Positions 28,430-38,190 of a stretch of DNA of 64,000 nucleotides are shown in pieces; within the stretch, counting starts at the first letter, position 1; every line of letters starts with the position of its first letter. The DNA comes from Cyclobacteriaceae bacterium (lineage in GTDB: Bacteria > Bacteroidota > Bacteroidia > Cytophagales > Cyclobacteriaceae), in NCBI GenBank assembly GCA_947458585.1, contig CANGYY010000003.1, positions 17,363 through 81,362 of the forward strand, read 5' to 3'. The position numbers and the translations under genes are program-made. The notes beneath the pieces were generated by a model. The model ran no database searches. It was not told where the DNA came from and saw only the letters and a program-made list of their open reading frames with translations.

Positions 28430-29575
28430 TTAGTTGCCCGAAAAAGGGCACTTCCCCGCAGCAAAATTGGGGACTTTTGAAGCTTCATCTTCCTTCCAAG
28501 CAGTCGGCTGGTAATAAAAATTAGGAGACAGGATTTGATTCTCCCATTCCTGATGAAACACCCCAAGCGTGGAGCCTGCCGCTGGAGGCACAATCCAGGC
28601 CCAGTCTGCTTGTACCGATCGTCCTTTGGCCTCCTCCTGCTTGCAAAATTCTAAAAACTGCTCGGAGGCGGTATGGTGATCCACCAAAGTCACGCCTTGA
28701 GTTTGAAAGGAATGGAGCACGGCCTCTTGGAGTACCAGCATCGCTTTATCTTTCCAGAGGGTTTTCACCTGGCGCGTGTCTAAATTCAATTTTTTGGCAA
28801 GGATGGGGAGCAAGTTGTACCGCTGTTCATCCCCAAGATTTCTGGCCGCGATTTCAGTGAGCATGTACCAGCCATTGAAGGGGGCACAGGGAAAGGATAT
28901 TCCGCCAATTTCCAGCCGCATATCGGAAATCACCGGGACGGCATACCACTGTAGCTTCAATTCTTGAAACCAGGAATAGTCCGGGTGGCTTAAATTCACT
29001 CGAAGCACCTGCTCTTCAGGAATCGCAAACCATTGGGCAGCCTCTCCTTCACGTTGAATGACTAGCGGCAGAAGATCAAAGGCCGTTTTCTTTCCCTCCC
29101 AACCCAAAGAAGTGCAGTAGCTCGTAAAGGAAACCGAATCAGGATCCCCCAAGGTCTCTCCATTGGGGAGGGTATAGCCTGCAAATCGGATTAGTTGCTT
29201 GTTTAAAATCCGAAACCCTAGACCCCCCTCATCAGCAGTGGCATAAACGGATAGGGTGGAGCGAATTTTTCCTCCTTGAGTGGCCGATTTGAGGTGTGCC
29301 AGGACATCTGCAAAAACGTCCACAGCGTTAGTAAGGCTCCTCCGATCTCTAACTTTTAGGGTTTTCCAAAAAAGCCTACCCATGCAGCGATTGCTATTGC
29401 GCCAGGCTAGTTTTGCCCCATAAGTCAGTTCCTTCTCGGTCAAGCGATAGGTCCCGGTCTGCAAAATTTCAACCTGAACCTGATCCAGCCTTTTTTCTAC
29501 TCCCGAAAGGTTGGATTCGGAATAGTACTGCTGAAGAAAGTCTTGTGCTTGTTCAAACAAGGAAGAAGTACGCAT
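28430..29575 (-). CDS. nos: Bacterial nitric oxide synthase oxygenase (no reductase domain)
   Basis: Heme-thiolate AWRNSNRCMGR; WYAVPVI, PFNGWYM..EI..RN, VDHH and DWAWIVPP motifs; C-terminal GKCPF. Confidence 0.93.
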   Translation of the reverse strand: MRTSSLFEQAQDFLQQYYSESNLSGVEKRLDQVQVEILQTGTYRLTEKELTYGAKLAWRNSNRCMGRLFWKTLKVRDRRSLTNAVDVFADVLAHLKSATQGGKIRSTLSVYATADEGGLGFRILNKQLIRFAGYTLPNGETLGDPDSVSFTSYCTSLGWEGKKTAFDLLPLVIQREGEAAQWFAIPEEQVLRVNLSHPDYSWFQELKLQWYAVPVISDMRLEIGGISFPCAPFNGWYMLTEIAARNLGDEQRYNLLPILAKKLNLDTRQVKTLWKDKAMLVLQEAVLHSFQTQGVTLVDHHTASEQFLEFCKQEEAKGRSVQADWAWIVPPAAGSTLGVFHQEWENQILSPNFYYQPTAWKEDEASKVPNFAAGKCPFSGN

Positions 29576-29749
29576 AGGTTAAGGCAAGAGACTTGGATAG
29601 GACTTCGGTTGGATAGGTCAAATTGGATTTTACTTTTTGCAGAGGGCAAAAGCAAGGCAACGTAGTTTTTGAACCTAAAAACCTAAGGATAACACCAAAC
29701 ACAAGGAAGTAGTTTTGATTTTTTAGTGATCACGCACAAAATAGATGGA

Positions 29750-31276
29750 TTAGTGAGTTGCCATCATCCACAGGATTTCTTCCATAAATTCTCGGGAGTT
29801 CGAAAGTCGGGGGACCTTGTGCTGCCCTCCGAGCTTGCCCTTTTTGGCCAACCAGGCTTCGAAAAGTCCAGCAGGAGCAGCATGGAGCTGTAGGCGTTGG
29901 AGGGCTAAGTCTTTGTGCCTCTTGGCATCGTAGTCGGAATTGACCTGACGCAGGTGATCGTCCAACTTCTGTGCAAAGTCTTCCAAGTCCGCAGGTGGAT
30001 TTTTAAACTCTACCACCCATTCGTGGGCTCCCTTGGATTGGCTATCCTCAAAATAGATCGGGGCAGCAGTAAAATTGGCGATGGTCGACCCCGTTTGCGT
30101 ACAGGCATGCGTGATTGCTGCCTCCGCATTTTCTACAATTACTTCCTCACCAAAGGCATTGATAAAATGCTTGGTTCTCCCGGATATGCGGAAACGATAG
30201 GGTCGTAGCGAAGAAAATTTGATCGTGTCTCCAATCAAGTAGCGCCACAATCCCCCATTGGTAGTGATGACTAGGGCATAATTTTTTCCAAGCTCTACCC
30301 CTTCCAAGGAAACCACCTTTGGATTTTCTTTACCAAGTTCCTCCATAGGAATAAACTCATAGAAAATCCCATAATCCAATAGCAATAAGAGTTCATCCGA
30401 ATCCGGCTGGTCCTGCATGCCGAAAAATCCTTCGGAAGCATTGTAGGTTTCCATGTACCGCATCTTATCGGATGGAATGAGCTGCTTGAATAAATTTCGA
30501 TAGGGTCCAAACGCAACCGCTCCATGGAAAAATACTTCCAGGTTGGGCCACACTTCGAGGATATGGGATGCTTTTTTAAGTTCTAAAATCCGTTGGAGCA
30601 ACACAATCGTCCAAGTAGGGACGCCTGCGATGGAGGTCACATTTTCGTCCATGGTCTCCCGTGCCATGCGCTCGATCTTCGCCTCCCAATCCGACATCAA
30701 GGCCGTCTCTAGGGAAGGGGTGCGCACAAACTGAACCCAAATTGGGAGGTTATGCATGATCAAGGCCGATACATCTCCCGCGCGGGCTATGCCTTTGGGA
30801 TGGAGTAACTCCTTTTCAAGCGTACCTCCTACGGATAAGCTTTTGCCTGTAAACAACTTGGTGTCGGGGTTATTATTGACATAAAGGGACACCATGTCCT
30901 TGCCTCCTTTGTAATGGCATTCCTCCAAGCTTTCTTCAGAAACGGGAATGTATTTGCTTCGGCCAGCCGTGGTGCCTGAAGATTTGGCAAACCATTGAAT
31001 GTTGGAAGGCCAAAACACCTGCTGTCTCCCTTTGATGTTTTTCTCCAAATAGGGAGTGTAGGATTCGTAATCAAAAAGGGGTACTTGAGCGGCAAAATCG
31101 GCGTAGGATTTAATTTTTTCAAATTGGTAGCTCTTCCCTAATTCTGTATGTTTTGCTGCTTCCAATAAATCAAAAAGTGTGGCCTCCTGCACTGCGTGCG
31201 GGTCCAGCTTAAACTTATCAATCTGACCCAATCGGCTTTTAAAGATCCAGGTCATGAAGCTATTGAGCACTTCCAT
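29750..31276 (-). CDS. GH3 auxin-responsive-promoter family acyl-adenylate ligase
   Basis: AKSSGTT..SKYIP, YNASEGF, GGLWRYLIGD and GGQHKVPRL motifs. Confidence 0.92.
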   Translation of the reverse strand: MEVLNSFMTWIFKSRLGQIDKFKLDPHAVQEATLFDLLEAAKHTELGKSYQFEKIKSYADFAAQVPLFDYESYTPYLEKNIKGRQQVFWPSNIQWFAKSSGTTAGRSKYIPVSEESLEECHYKGGKDMVSLYVNNNPDTKLFTGKSLSVGGTLEKELLHPKGIARAGDVSALIMHNLPIWVQFVRTPSLETALMSDWEAKIERMARETMDENVTSIAGVPTWTIVLLQRILELKKASHILEVWPNLEVFFHGAVAFGPYRNLFKQLIPSDKMRYMETYNASEGFFGMQDQPDSDELLLLLDYGIFYEFIPMEELGKENPKVVSLEGVELGKNYALVITTNGGLWRYLIGDTIKFSSLRPYRFRISGRTKHFINAFGEEVIVENAEAAITHACTQTGSTIANFTAAPIYFEDSQSKGAHEWVVEFKNPPADLEDFAQKLDDHLRQVNSDYDAKRHKDLALQRLQLHAAPAGLFEAWLAKKGKLGGQHKVPRLSNSREFMEEILWMMATH

Positions 31277-32014
31277 TTAGGAAAAAGTTTTGCGCTTGAG
31301 TTCAAACTGGCTTCCCAAATACACCTTACGCACCTGCTCATCGGCAGCGAGTTCCTCTGCAGTTCCAGCTTTCAAGAGGCGGCCTTCAAACATCAGGTAG
31401 GCTCGGTCGGTGATCGAAAGGGTTTCGTTCACATTGTGATCGGTAATCAAGATTCCAATATTCTTTGTCTTCAGCTTCGCCACTATCGTTTGGATCTCCT
31501 CTACCGCTATGGGATCTACACCCGCAAAAGGTTCGTCCAAGAGCACAAATTTAGGATCCACTGCCAGGGCTCTGGCAATTTCAGTACGTCGCCGCTCACC
31601 CCCAGAAAGCACCATACCTAGATTCTTCCGTACATGGGTCAAACTAAACTCTTCAAGCAAGCTCTCCATTTTTTCCTTCTGCTGCACCTTGGTCAGCGTG
31701 GTCATCTCCAGCACGGCTAAGATATTTTCCTCCACAGAAAGTTTGCGAAAAACGGAGGCTTCTTGTGCCAGGTAGCCAATGCCCAACTTGGCTCGTTTGT
31801 ACATGGGGAGCCCCGTGATGTCTTGCTCGTCCAAGAAGATTTTTCCTGAATTGGGCTGGATCAAACCCACAATCATGTAAAAAGAGGTGGTTTTTCCAGC
31901 TCCATTGGGGCCCAAAAGTCCCACAATTTCCCCCTGGGAAACCTGTACCGAAATGTCATTGACCACAGATCGGCCTTTGTATATTTTTAGAAGGTGCTCA
32001 GCTCGAAGAATCAT
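31277..32014 (-). CDS. lptB: LPS export ABC transporter ATP-binding protein
   Basis: [38 protein letters not shown] and ITDHNV motifs. Confidence 0.96.
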   Translation of the reverse strand: MILRAEHLLKIYKGRSVVNDISVQVSQGEIVGLLGPNGAGKTTSFYMIVGLIQPNSGKIFLDEQDITGLPMYKRAKLGIGYLAQEASVFRKLSVEENILAVLEMTTLTKVQQKEKMESLLEEFSLTHVRKNLGMVLSGGERRRTEIARALAVDPKFVLLDEPFAGVDPIAVEEIQTIVAKLKTKNIGILITDHNVNETLSITDRAYLMFEGRLLKAGTAEELAADEQVRKVYLGSQFELKRKTFS

Positions 32015-32015
32015 A

Positions 32016-33740
32016 TCAGTCAAATTTGATGTCTTTCACGTAGAGTTGCAAACTACTTTTATCACGGAAGAAATTTTCGCGCATCTCAGCCACAATATCG
32101 AAACGCATTTTTCCACGAAGCATATTGACCGTGGTGAGGTCAGGATCTTTGGTGCGGTCGGCCATGCCAAAGCCCAAGCATACCGGCGTAGTCACTTGCC
32201 CATCTTGCATAATTTTAAAACGTAGGTGCTTGTCTTTGAGTACAGTAACCTCCTCTGCGTACACATTTTGAATACGGAAAACAGGCTCGGTATTGCCCGG
32301 TCCAAAGGGCGCCATCTGCTTGAGAATATTGTAAAACTTGTAGTTGATCTGATCCAAAAGCAAGACATCGTCGACTTCTATGACCGGCTTGAGGTGAACT
32401 GCCTCAATCCGAGCGCTGACCACCTCTTCAAATTTTTTCTGAAAGGCGGGCACATTTTTCACGTCCAAGGTAAGGCCGGCGGCGTATTTATGCCCTCCAA
32501 ACTGGTCCAATAAATCCGCACATTCGGCGATGGCTTCGTAAATGTCAAAATCCACCACCGAGCGGGCACTTCCCGTAGCCTTATTGTTGGACTCGGTCAA
32601 AATAATCGTCGGACGGTAATACTTTTCAATGCAGCGACTGGCCACAATGCCAATCACTCCCTTGTGCCAATCCTGCTTAAACAATACGGTAGAATTCCAT
32701 TGCGCTTCGGCTTCTTGCAGAGCCAGCATTTCAAAGGCTTCCTTGGTGATGTGCTCGTCAAAATTGCGCCGTGTGGCATTTACTTCATCGACAAGTTTGG
32801 CACGATCAATCGCCTCGTCTAGGTTGGTTGCTAGCAACAATTCAACGGAAGCTTTGGCGTGTTCAAGGCGACCTGAGGCATTGATTCTAGGTCCAATTTT
32901 GAATACGATTTCGGAAATTTGGATCTCCTTCTCCAGCTTGGAAAGCAACATCAAGGCTTTCAGTCCTGGTCTGGGAGTATTGTTGATCCGGTCCAAGCCG
33001 TAGTAAGCCAAAATTCGATTTTCCCCGGTGATGGGGACGATGTCGGCTGCAATGCTGACTACCACCAAGTCCAAGTAAGCATACAAGCTGGATTCCTCCA
33101 ACTGTTGCGCCTTGGCATAGGCCTGGATGAGCTTAAAGCCTACTCCGCAACCACTCAATTCTTTGTAAGGATAGGGACAGTCCTGGCGCTTCGGGTCGAG
33201 TACAGCAACCGCTTGAGGCAGTTGATCCCCAGGCGTATGGTGGTCACAAATGATAAAATCTACCCCTAGCTGAGTCGCTAGTTCTACCTTATCTATGGCC
33301 TTGATTCCACAGTCTAAAGCGATTACTAATGAAAACCCATTTTCAGCAGCAAATCGAACTCCCCGTTCGGATATGCCATAGCCTTCCTTGTATCGGTCCG
33401 GAATGTAAAAATCCACATGGGGGTAAAAGCCTCTCAAAAATTCATAAACTAAGGCGACTGCGGTAGTGCCATCCACATCGTAATCCCCATAAACTAAGAT
33501 GTGCTCTTGATTTTTTACGGCTTGGGTAATTCGCAATACGGCCGCGTCCATATCCTTCATTAAAAAAGGATCATGCAGGAGATTCAAACTTGGACGGAAG
33601 TAATCTTTGGCCTGGTCAAAATTCTCCACCCCGCGATTAAAAAGCATGTTGGCCAAGGTAGCATTGACATTAATGTCTTTGCCTAACTTGTCAATCGCGG
33701 CTTGAGCGGTTTTCGGTTTTTGTTTCCAGACGTACTCCAT
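32016..33740 (-). CDS. recJ: ssDNA-specific exonuclease RecJ
   Basis: [21 protein letters not shown] and FGGH..AAG motifs. Confidence 0.96.
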   Translation of the reverse strand: MEYVWKQKPKTAQAAIDKLGKDINVNATLANMLFNRGVENFDQAKDYFRPSLNLLHDPFLMKDMDAAVLRITQAVKNQEHILVYGDYDVDGTTAVALVYEFLRGFYPHVDFYIPDRYKEGYGISERGVRFAAENGFSLVIALDCGIKAIDKVELATQLGVDFIICDHHTPGDQLPQAVAVLDPKRQDCPYPYKELSGCGVGFKLIQAYAKAQQLEESSLYAYLDLVVVSIAADIVPITGENRILAYYGLDRINNTPRPGLKALMLLSKLEKEIQISEIVFKIGPRINASGRLEHAKASVELLLATNLDEAIDRAKLVDEVNATRRNFDEHITKEAFEMLALQEAEAQWNSTVLFKQDWHKGVIGIVASRCIEKYYRPTIILTESNNKATGSARSVVDFDIYEAIAECADLLDQFGGHKYAAGLTLDVKNVPAFQKKFEEVVSARIEAVHLKPVIEVDDVLLLDQINYKFYNILKQMAPFGPGNTEPVFRIQNVYAEEVTVLKDKHLRFKIMQDGQVTTPVCLGFGMADRTKDPDLTTVNMLRGKMRFDIVAEMRENFFRDKSSLQLYVKDIKFD

Positions 33741-33836
33741 AGGGTAAAAGTAGGGGTTATTCAAAAGCTAAACCCAAAAGCTTGGATTTGAACCTATCTT
33801 TAAAGCGTGCGTCGAACAAAAAGGTTCGAACAAAAA

Positions 33837-34028
33837 TCAATTCTCCCGACTCCTACGGGCCGACCACCAGAGCCCTAAGGGGAAAACCAAAGCTCTCATC
33901 TTCAAGGTATTCTTTTGGCTAAAGGTAAGCTGAGGGTGCTTGTGTATTTTTTTGTACCAGTGCGCAGCTGCCCATCCATGTCCCAGGACGGCTAGAAGTA
34001 ATACAGAATAGACGATTAATTCTACCAT
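33837..34028 (-). CDS. Small membrane hypothetical protein
   Basis: 63 aa with hydrophobic N-terminus; starts 1 nt after the prmA stop. Confidence 0.6.
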   Translation of the reverse strand: MVELIVYSVLLLAVLGHGWAAAHWYKKIHKHPQLTFSQKNTLKMRALVFPLGLWWSARRSREN

Positions 34029-34029
34029 C

Positions 34030-34857
34030 TTACTTTTTTTGAAGACACAAAGCCGCCCAGTTGTCCTTGGTGGTTTGCATCGTTAAAGTCAGCCCCTGTG
34101 CAGAAGCAGCCTGCACCAGATCCTCGATGTCTTCTGAATAAAACCCACTCAAAAGGAGGAGTCCTTGATCAGTAAGCAAACTAGAATAAATCGCTAATTC
34201 ATCCAACAGCACGTTTTTATTGATATTGGCCAAAACAAGTTCGTAGGGCCCCTGCGGCTGCACCTCACGAATGGTGCCCAAACCCATACGGGTGAACACT
34301 CCATTCAAATCAAAGTTTTCGTTGCCATTGTCCACGCACCAAGAATCGATATCAAAAGCTTCTACCTGCTTGGCTCCGAGCAAATGAGCCATGATCGCCA
34401 AGATCCCAGTACCCGATCCTACATCCAACACCCGCTTGCCTTGGTGATCGATTTTCCCTTGCATGGAAAGCAATTGAAAGGTGGTGGCATGGTGTCCGGT
34501 GCCGAAGGACATTTTGGGATTGATCACAATCTCGTATTGGAAACCCGGTTTCGGGGCATGGAAGGAAGCCCGCACATACACGAGCTGATCTACTTCGATG
34601 GGATCGTAGTTTTTTTCCCATTCCTCGTTCCAATTCACCTTGGGCAGAATCCCCTCCACTACGGTGAGCGCTGCAGGTTCACGGTAGGTGGCGATGACTT
34701 CGTCAAAGGAATCTCTAGCAAACAAGTCTTGCGGGACATAGGCCTCCAGGCCGCTGTCTGTTTCCAAAAAAGAATCAAAGCCAACCGCTGCCAGTTCGGC
34801 AATCAAGATTTCCCGGTATTCCTCCAGGCAGGTGATGCTTACTTGTATGTAGTCCAT
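34030..34857 (-). CDS. prmA: Ribosomal protein L11 methyltransferase
   Basis: NWNEEWEK, INPKMSFGTGHHATT, LDVGSGTGIL, ANIN and LSGF motifs. Confidence 0.96.
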   Translation of the reverse strand: MDYIQVSITCLEEYREILIAELAAVGFDSFLETDSGLEAYVPQDLFARDSFDEVIATYREPAALTVVEGILPKVNWNEEWEKNYDPIEVDQLVYVRASFHAPKPGFQYEIVINPKMSFGTGHHATTFQLLSMQGKIDHQGKRVLDVGSGTGILAIMAHLLGAKQVEAFDIDSWCVDNGNENFDLNGVFTRMGLGTIREVQPQGPYELVLANINKNVLLDELAIYSSLLTDQGLLLLSGFYSEDIEDLVQAASAQGLTLTMQTTKDNWAALCLQKK

Positions 34858-34907
34858 GGGTGATTTATACTGGGGTAAGCGCTCTCCTTCTAGGAAGGAA
34901 AAGGCTG

Positions 34908-34935
34908 AAAAAAGCCCCGCGTCAGCGGAGCCTTT
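34908..34935 (-). terminator. Terminator after tpiA
   Basis: On the - strand, ggctccgc-tgac-gcggggct followed by a T-run. Confidence 0.65.
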
Positions 34936-34936
34936 C

Positions 34937-35698
34937 TTAAAATGATTTTACAATTTCAATGAAATCACGGGATTTGAGGGATGCCCCTCCAATCAATCCT
35001 CCGTCCACATCGGGCTTGCCAAAAAGTTCTTTCGCATTGCCTGGATTGGCGGATCCTCCGTACAAAATGGAGGTTTGCGCAGCGATCGCCTGCCCATACT
35101 TGCTGGCCAAATGACCACGAAGTGCCGCATGCATTTCTTGTGCTTGATCGGCAGAGGCAGTCTTGCCCGTACCGATGGCCCAGATGGGTTCGTAGGCTAT
35201 CACCACCTTGGAAAATTCTTCCGGTGATAGGTGAAATAGGCTGGCAGTCAACTGTGCTTTGACGGTTTGTTCATGGGTGCCTGCCTCACGGATATCCAAG
35301 GATTCTCCGCAACAAAAGATGGGGGTCAGTCCATGGGCCAGGGCCTGGTTGACCTTGGTGGCAAGGAGGGTATTGTCTTCCTTGAAATATTCTCGGCGCT
35401 CTGAATGCCCCAAGATGACATGGGATACGCCGAAGGAGGCCAATATTTTGGCAGAAACTTCCCCGGTGAAGGCTCCGCTTTCTTTCTCCGAACAGTTTTG
35501 TGCACCCACAGCCACTCCTGGGGTTTCTCCCACCAATTTCTTCACTGGATAGAGGTGTGGAAAAGGAGGGTTCAGGACGACAGTTACCTCCTGGATGGCC
35601 TCGTCTTTATACATTTGCACGATCTCACTGGTGAGCTGCTGCCCCTCTTCAAAGGTGAGGTTCATCTTCCAGTTGCCGGCTACGATTTTCTTTCTCAT
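34937..35698 (-). CDS. tpiA: Triosephosphate isomerase
   Basis: AGNWKMN, GHSERR, AYEPIWAIGTG, LYGGS and GGASL motifs; ATG at 35698. Confidence 0.97.
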   Translation of the reverse strand: MRKKIVAGNWKMNLTFEEGQQLTSEIVQMYKDEAIQEVTVVLNPPFPHLYPVKKLVGETPGVAVGAQNCSEKESGAFTGEVSAKILASFGVSHVILGHSERREYFKEDNTLLATKVNQALAHGLTPIFCCGESLDIREAGTHEQTVKAQLTASLFHLSPEEFSKVVIAYEPIWAIGTGKTASADQAQEMHAALRGHLASKYGQAIAAQTSILYGGSANPGNAKELFGKPDVDGGLIGGASLKSRDFIEIVKSF

Positions 35699-35766
35699 GG
35701 GTGGAATAGGGAAATAAGGTTTGAAAAAACTTGAGCGAAAGGTAATTTGCTTCAAAATTACCAAAA

Positions 35767-36282
35767 ATGTCCACTTGGGGAAGAAATAACGAAGAGCAGT
35801 CGCCAAAAAAGAATTGGAGCCTGGAAGAAGCGCGGGGCAAATTGGAAACCTTCTGCTCCTACCAAGAGCGCTGTGCCTGGGAGCTGCGACGCAAACTTTT
35901 TGAAAAAGGGATCACAGGAACGGCTGTTGACACAATCCTTGCCGAATTGGAGGCGAGTGGATTTGTGGATGAAGAACGATTTGCGCGCTCCTATGCCCGG
36001 GGAAAATTCCGGATTAAGAAATGGGGGAGGGCCCGAATCCGACAGGAACTCAAACTCCGAGAAATCAGTGGGTCGACTATTCAAAAAGGACTTTCCGAAA
36101 TTGATGGGGAGGAGTATTTTGCTACCCTCGAGCGAGAGGCAGAAAAAAAGTGGGAGAAAACCAAGGAATCAGATGCCTACAAAAAAAGGTACCTCGTGAC
36201 GAAGTACCTGATGAGTAAGGGCTTTGAACAAGACCTCATTCAAGAGGCCTTGTCTGCCTTAATTTCTAAAGAGATTAGGTAA
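35767..36282 (+). CDS. recX: Regulatory protein RecX
   Basis: CSYQERC, DEERFARSYARGK, KWGR..IRQEL and KGF motifs. Confidence 0.9.
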   Translation: MSTWGRNNEEQSPKKNWSLEEARGKLETFCSYQERCAWELRRKLFEKGITGTAVDTILAELEASGFVDEERFARSYARGKFRIKKWGRARIRQELKLREISGSTIQKGLSEIDGEEYFATLEREAEKKWEKTKESDAYKKRYLVTKYLMSKGFEQDLIQEALSALISKEIR

Positions 36283-36284
36283 AA

Positions 36285-37082
36285 TTACCAGCTTCCTCCT
36301 GCTCCGCCGCCACCGAAGGAACCTCCTCCGAAGCCCCCAAAGGAGCCGCCTCCAGAGGAAAAATCTCCAAAGGAACCCCCTCCACTGCTACGGCCTCCAC
36401 CACCCAGCATATTGGCAAGCATAAGGGTAGTCCAGAAATCAACTCCTCCCCCACGTCCACCCATGTGGTTGTTATTGTCCCTCCTGTTTTTGATCAAGGG
36501 GAGGATTACAAATAGAAATACCAACAGGAGGATGAGTAAGATGGACCCTCCAGAATTTCCTTCAGATAGGACCTCATCTGCTTTGTATTCGCCAGAGGCT
36601 AACTTGAAGATCATGTCGGTGGCCTGGTCCAGTCCCTGGTAGTAGGCTTCCATCTTGAAGTTGGGAAGGATCATGTCGCTCACAATCCGCTTGGCAAGCG
36701 CATCCGGAATAGCTCCTTCCAATCCCCGCCCTGCAGCGATGAAGCATTTGCGATCCTCCATCGCGGCTAAGATCAAGATACCGTTATCCTTTCCTTTTAC
36801 TCCGATACCCCATTTTTCGCCCAATTGAATCGTATAGTCCGCTATATCGTAAGGGCCTACTGAACCCAAAAGTACAATAGCCACCTGCGTGGAAGTACTG
36901 TCCGAATAGGCTAGTAATTTCTGTTCCAATTGCTCGACTTCCGAGGCGCTCAGGGTGCCGGTAAAATCATTGACCAAGCGTGGTGGATTGGGAGCAGGAG
37001 GAAAGTCCTGCGCCATTCCGCTAACTGCCTGAAACAAGAAAATTAGGAATAATAAAGGCTTAATTGCCGAAGGATACCTCAT
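36285..37082 (-). CDS. TPM-domain membrane protein with Gly-rich tail
   Basis: VNDFTGTLS, WGIG..KDNGIL and GLEGAIPD motifs; tail GGGSFGGGGAGGSW. Confidence 0.92.
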   Translation of the reverse strand: MRYPSAIKPLLFLIFLFQAVSGMAQDFPPAPNPPRLVNDFTGTLSASEVEQLEQKLLAYSDSTSTQVAIVLLGSVGPYDIADYTIQLGEKWGIGVKGKDNGILILAAMEDRKCFIAAGRGLEGAIPDALAKRIVSDMILPNFKMEAYYQGLDQATDMIFKLASGEYKADEVLSEGNSGGSILLILLLVFLFVILPLIKNRRDNNNHMGGRGGGVDFWTTLMLANMLGGGGRSSGGGSFGDFSSGGGSFGGFGGGSFGGGGAGGSW

Positions 37083-37497
37083 CAGATAGTTCGTTTTGGT
37101 CGGCACGGTGATCGTATGGAAAATGAGTTTTCAACTGATCCCCGGCATGGTGGATGCCTTCAATAAGGCCTTCGGTGAATTTGCCTTGGCGAAAGAGGTT
37201 CGCCATCAGGTCTTTGGTACTTTCCCAGAAGTTTGCAGGCACCACTGCATTGATGCCTGCATCTCCGAGTATAGCAAATTTGTGGTCTTCCGCTGCTAAG
37301 TATACCAAGACTCCATTTCTGTCTTTGGTTTGGTACATCTTGAGCACCTCAAAAACCTGAGCCGCACGGTCCAGAACAGACCCTTTGCAACGGCTTTCGA
37401 TGTGTACTTGAATCTCTCCAGAGGTTTGGGTTTCTGCCTCTTTTATTGCGGCTACGATTTGTGCCTTCTGCTCTGGAGAAAATAGGTGGGTTGCCAT
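37060..37497 (-). CDS. TPM-domain protein
   Basis: AETQTSGEI, RNGVLVY, GDAGI and NELSD motifs. Confidence 0.9.
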   Translation of the reverse strand: MATHLFSPEQKAQIVAAIKEAETQTSGEIQVHIESRCKGSVLDRAAQVFEVLKMYQTKDRNGVLVYLAAEDHKFAILGDAGINAVVPANFWESTKDLMANLFRQGKFTEGLIEGIHHAGDQLKTHFPYDHRADQNELSDEVSFGN

Positions 37498-37501
37498 GCG
37501 C

Positions 37502-38092
37502 TTAGAATTCTACTTTAGGGGCATTTTCTGCACCTGCAGCTGCTTCAAAATAGCCTTTGGCTACAAATCCATACCAGCCTGCAAATAGATTGTTCGGGAA
37601 CACTTTCAAAGTAGAATTGTAACTTTTGATGGACTCATTGAAGTTTCTACGTGCCACAGCAATCCGGTTTTCCGTTCCTTCCAATTGAGCCTGCAGCTCC
37701 AAGAAGTTTTGGTTGGCCTTCAGGTCTGGATATTTTTCAACAGTCACGAGCAAGCGGCTCAAAGCGCCAGACAATTGATCCTGGGCCTGCTGAAATTCGG
37801 CAAGCTTTTCTGGAGTCAAATTTGTCGGGTCGATCTGCACAGAAGTGGCCTTGGAGCGAGCTTCTACTACGCCAGTCAGTGTTTCCTGCTCAAATTCAGC
37901 ATAGCCCTTTACGGTGCTGACTAGGTTAGGAATCAAGTCGGTTCGTCTTTGGTATTGGGTCTCTACCTCAGCCCATTGGCCGTTGATTTCTTCTTCTAAT
38001 TGCACAAATTGGTTGTAAGTACCTACTGCCTTCGAATAGATAAAAATACCTAGGACGAGAAGGATGCCTACTGGAATTAAGATTTTTTTCAT
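37502..38092 (-). CDS. lemA: LemA-family protein
   Basis: YQRRTDLIPNLV, EKYPDLKANQNF and ENRIAVAR motifs. Confidence 0.95.
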   Translation of the reverse strand: MKKILIPVGILLVLGIFIYSKAVGTYNQFVQLEEEINGQWAEVETQYQRRTDLIPNLVSTVKGYAEFEQETLTGVVEARSKATSVQIDPTNLTPEKLAEFQQAQDQLSGALSRLLVTVEKYPDLKANQNFLELQAQLEGTENRIAVARRNFNESIKSYNSTLKVFPNNLFAGWYGFVAKGYFEAAAGAENAPKVEF

Positions 38093-38190
38093 TGTTGATA
38101 TGGGTTAAATCGAAGAGTTACACGGAATACTAGTTCAAGATGTTGTCTTCTCCCTCAAAGTTACCCAAATTTTTCTTTCCGCCGGAATAA

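Noticed and set aside
32126-32160. Possible extra peptide (RTKDPDLTT) near the RecJ C-terminus as a second mini-element insertion
   Set aside because: Only a 5-bp inverted match and no GGCAGG end; cannot be supported without an alignment.
33784-33836. GGTTCAAATCC T-loop-like motif on the - strand and a tcgaacaaaaa duplicate
   Set aside because: No T-stem, acceptor stem or cloverleaf, so not a tRNA; the duplicate is too short to interpret.
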